This document shows positions 48,849 to 51,060 of a DNA stretch of 51,060 nucleotides, piece after piece; position 1 is the stretch's first letter, and the number at the start of each line of letters is the position of its first letter. Location of the stretch: NCBI GenBank assembly GCA_038127845.1, contig JAYPIL010000005.1:1-51060 (forward strand), given 5' to 3'. This stretch comes from Poseidonia sp. (GTDB lineage: Archaea; Thermoplasmatota; Poseidoniia; Poseidoniales; Poseidoniaceae). The notes beneath the pieces are model-generated. The model was not told where the DNA came from, made no database searches, and worked only from the letters and a program-made list of their open reading frames with translations. The position numbers and the translations under genes were made by a program.

Positions 48849-49865
48849 ATGGCGGGCTTTGGTGGAATGCGAAAAGGCAGAGAGGAAGCCAAAGACAACC
48901 TTAGTTACACCGAAGGGGGCGATTGTCCACGGTGCGGTGGGAACGCCCAAGACTCGACCATGGCGGGGTACCTGCAATGCGGTTCTTGCGGTCACGAGTG
49001 GGCGGATCCAAATTATGTGGAGGTAAGGAAGCGGCCTGAACCCCCTACCCACCGAAGAGATGCTGAGTTGATTGAACAGTTCAAGCAAGAAATGCAGTCT
49101 GGTGAGCTTGCCAATGTTCTTGGTGTCAAGAAGGACTTGACGGGCGAACAAGAACAATCGCTCAAACGTCTTGAAGACAAGTGGATGAGCGGTATGCAGG
49201 GGCATTACAATGCTGCTGCTGAAGAGCGTAAACCCCTCATGATCAGTTTTGACGATGACGACAACATTCTCTCGACCGAAGTGGCTGCCATCACCATCGT
49301 CTCCAATGGCTTTGACGGTGGTGAAGAAATTCGTCTTGAATACCCCGGGAGGGGTACTGAATTTTACGCCTACAACGAACGAAGCCCGACCGGTTGGAAA
49401 CGTGGGCCGAATGCCGAAACGACGGCTCGCTCCATCGCCAACGTCATCAACCGGTCATCCAAACTGGTCTACGCCAACCTTGAGGGTGTCCGAATTTCAT
49501 TTGAATTGAAAGACGAAAGCCTCAACGCTGCTTCCTTTGTCATCTTTGTTGACGATCCGGGCGGTACCGATATCGTTGCTGAGAAAGGAGGCGTGGTTTT
49601 GGACCATCGTGACTTTTCAACCATCCAGGACTATCGCAACGTCGTTGAGATGGTTCTTGAGGACGGTATCATTTCGCCGAGCGAAGACCAACTCCTCTGG
49701 GCGATGCGTGAACAATTGGGTATTGACGATGCCTACCACATCCAAATGGTCATGGACATCTGTGGAGAAAACACCCTGAAGGAATGCACGGGTTGTGGTG
49801 GAATGGCTGAATTGTATCCCGAGTATGCCGCATGGTATTGCCACCCTTGTGAATCATGGTGTTGA
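48849..49865 (+). CDS. Hypothetical protein with terminal zinc ribbons and TerB-like segment
   Basis: CPRC...CGSC at the N-terminus, VLEDGIISPSE..LL..MREQLGI, C-terminal CTGC...WYCHPC. Confidence 0.75.
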   Translation: MAGFGGMRKGREEAKDNLSYTEGGDCPRCGGNAQDSTMAGYLQCGSCGHEWADPNYVEVRKRPEPPTHRRDAELIEQFKQEMQSGELANVLGVKKDLTGEQEQSLKRLEDKWMSGMQGHYNAAAEERKPLMISFDDDDNILSTEVAAITIVSNGFDGGEEIRLEYPGRGTEFYAYNERSPTGWKRGPNAETTARSIANVINRSSKLVYANLEGVRISFELKDESLNAASFVIFVDDPGGTDIVAEKGGVVLDHRDFSTIQDYRNVVEMVLEDGIISPSEDQLLWAMREQLGIDDAYHIQMVMDICGENTLKECTGCGGMAELYPEYAAWYCHPCESWC

Positions 49866-49890
49866 GCAAGTTTTGCCGCAACAAACACCG

Positions 49891-49917
49891 TTCTATAGAA
49901 TAAAGGAGGCCTCCTTT
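49891..49917. repeat. Two abutting perfect palindromes
   Basis: TTCTATAGAA (49891-49900) and AAAGGAGGCCTCCTTT (49902-49917) are each self-complementary. Confidence 0.85.
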
Positions 49918-49961
49918 CACAGTGGTCTCAAGTGGGTGGCCGTAATTTCATATGGGGACTC

Positions 49962-49969
49962 TTCATAAA
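49962..49969 (+). promoter_or_regulatory. Putative TATA box of the MamK-like gene
   Basis: TTCATAAA 31-38 nt upstream of ATG 50000; a similar TTCATAGA precedes the upstream gene. Confidence 0.35.
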
Positions 49970-49999
49970 CTCAAGCGGTATCCGAAAGCCAGTGAGCCT

Positions 50000-51025
50000 A
50001 TGGCAAAAGATGTGTTGTATATTGGAATTGACTTGGGAACATTCCGCTCGGTGATGGTTTCCTCTGACAGCCACGAAGTCGAAGAATTGACGGTCATTGG
50101 AACCCCCAAGGACCCCATCGCTCGGAACTTCCTGAAGCGAGATGTTCTTTTTGGACACGAGGCCCTCAAGAACCGCTTGGCGCTTAATTTGTTCCGACCA
50201 CTCGAGCTCGGTGTGATCAAGGACACCCCCGAAGATCGGGAATACATTGCTCACTTCATCACCCACCTCATCGGTCTATCCGACCCTGAGGACTACGACC
50301 GCGTGGTCGCTGTCATCGGTGCCCCAGCCGAGGCCAGCCACGTCGATAAGACGGCTATTTTTGACGCAGCCGCAGGTTCCGTCAACTCGGCCATGATCAT
50401 CTCCGAGCCGTTCGCTGTTGCTTACGCTCTTGACATGATCAACCACACCTTGGTCATCGACATCGGTGCCGGTACGACCGACCTTTGCCGTGTCTACGGT
50501 ACCATCCCGGGACCCGGCGACCAAATGCACACCGGCTACGCTGGCGATTATGTTGACAACGCCCTCATCAAGGAGATCCAGTCCAAGTACAACGGTGCTC
50601 AAATCACCAAGGACATGGCTCGACGCTGGAAGGAAGAGTACTCCTTTGTCTCAACCGCTACGCCCGACGAGCCAATTCTCGTTGACTTCTCCATTGAAGG
50701 GAAGGCCATGACCCTTGACATCACCGACTGCATGCAGCGTGCTTGCGAAGCCATCGTTGACCCCATCGTTGAGAACGTCAAGAAGCTCATTGCAGGTTCC
50801 AACCCTGAATACCACGACGAGTTCCGCAAGAACATGGTCCTCGCCGGCGGCGGTTCGTCCATCAAGGGCCTTGGTGCCATGATCGAGCGTCGCTTGTCCG
50901 ATATGGGCGATGTCAACGTTCACGTTGTCGATGACCCTGTCCGATTGGGTGCTATGGGTGGTCTTCGACTGGCCATGGAAGTCCCCGAGGACATGTGGAA
51001 GAACCTCACGCTCGCTTCCCGCTAA
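50000..51025 (+). CDS. MamK-like actin/MreB-family ATPase
   Basis: IGIDLGT (phosphate 1), SEPFAV, IDIGAGTTD (phosphate 2), AGDYVD, KEEYSFV, LAGGGS (adenosine). Start set at MAKDVL. Confidence 0.9.
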   Translation: MAKDVLYIGIDLGTFRSVMVSSDSHEVEELTVIGTPKDPIARNFLKRDVLFGHEALKNRLALNLFRPLELGVIKDTPEDREYIAHFITHLIGLSDPEDYDRVVAVIGAPAEASHVDKTAIFDAAAGSVNSAMIISEPFAVAYALDMINHTLVIDIGAGTTDLCRVYGTIPGPGDQMHTGYAGDYVDNALIKEIQSKYNGAQITKDMARRWKEEYSFVSTATPDEPILVDFSIEGKAMTLDITDCMQRACEAIVDPIVENVKKLIAGSNPEYHDEFRKNMVLAGGGSSIKGLGAMIERRLSDMGDVNVHVVDDPVRLGAMGGLRLAMEVPEDMWKNLTLASR

Positions 51026-51060
51026 GACGGACTTCCCGTACACGCTTCGCTGTTTTGGAC

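Noticed and set aside
50000-51025. Magnetosome gene cluster
   Set aside because: No other mam/mms genes in the window and the flanks are archaeal; sequence beyond the window edge cannot be seen.

Overview
Gene-dense archaeal chromosomal segment with no mobile element or CRISPR array seen. Archaeal SRP54, RFC-L, TiaS, exosome/proteasome superoperon and EF-2, plus an archaeosortase and a large DxDxDG-rich surface protein, suggest Thermoplasmatota, probably Marine Group II (Poseidoniales); this is inference, not a database hit. About 47 CDS and one tRNA-Arg(CCG). Housekeeping blocks: srp54; trkA-trkH; rfcL-glyS; psmA-sbds-rrp4-rrp41-rrp42-rpl37Ae-pcc1-pfdB-DHH; rps12-rps7-EF2; and scattered isoprenoid genes (UbiD-family decarboxylase, IPK, IDI1-GGPPS fusion, thiolase plus DUF35-type partner). 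Most notable: (1) a MamK-like actin at the right end, preceded by two abutting perfect palindromes and a Zn-ribbon/TerB-like gene; (2) a eukaryote-like type 1 IPP isomerase fused to an archaeal GGPP synthase; (3) a CxxC-less Get3/ArsA ATPase with an HSP20-like tail directly upstream of srp54; (4) a 1760-aa Lhr helicase with an apparently duplicated AlkZ-like C-terminal module; (5) a thiolase partner made of a vestigial HMG-CoA-synthase-like part and a Cys-free DUF35 domain. All family calls come from motif recognition by eye. Start codons were adjusted from the ORF track where RBS or family N-termini suggested it.
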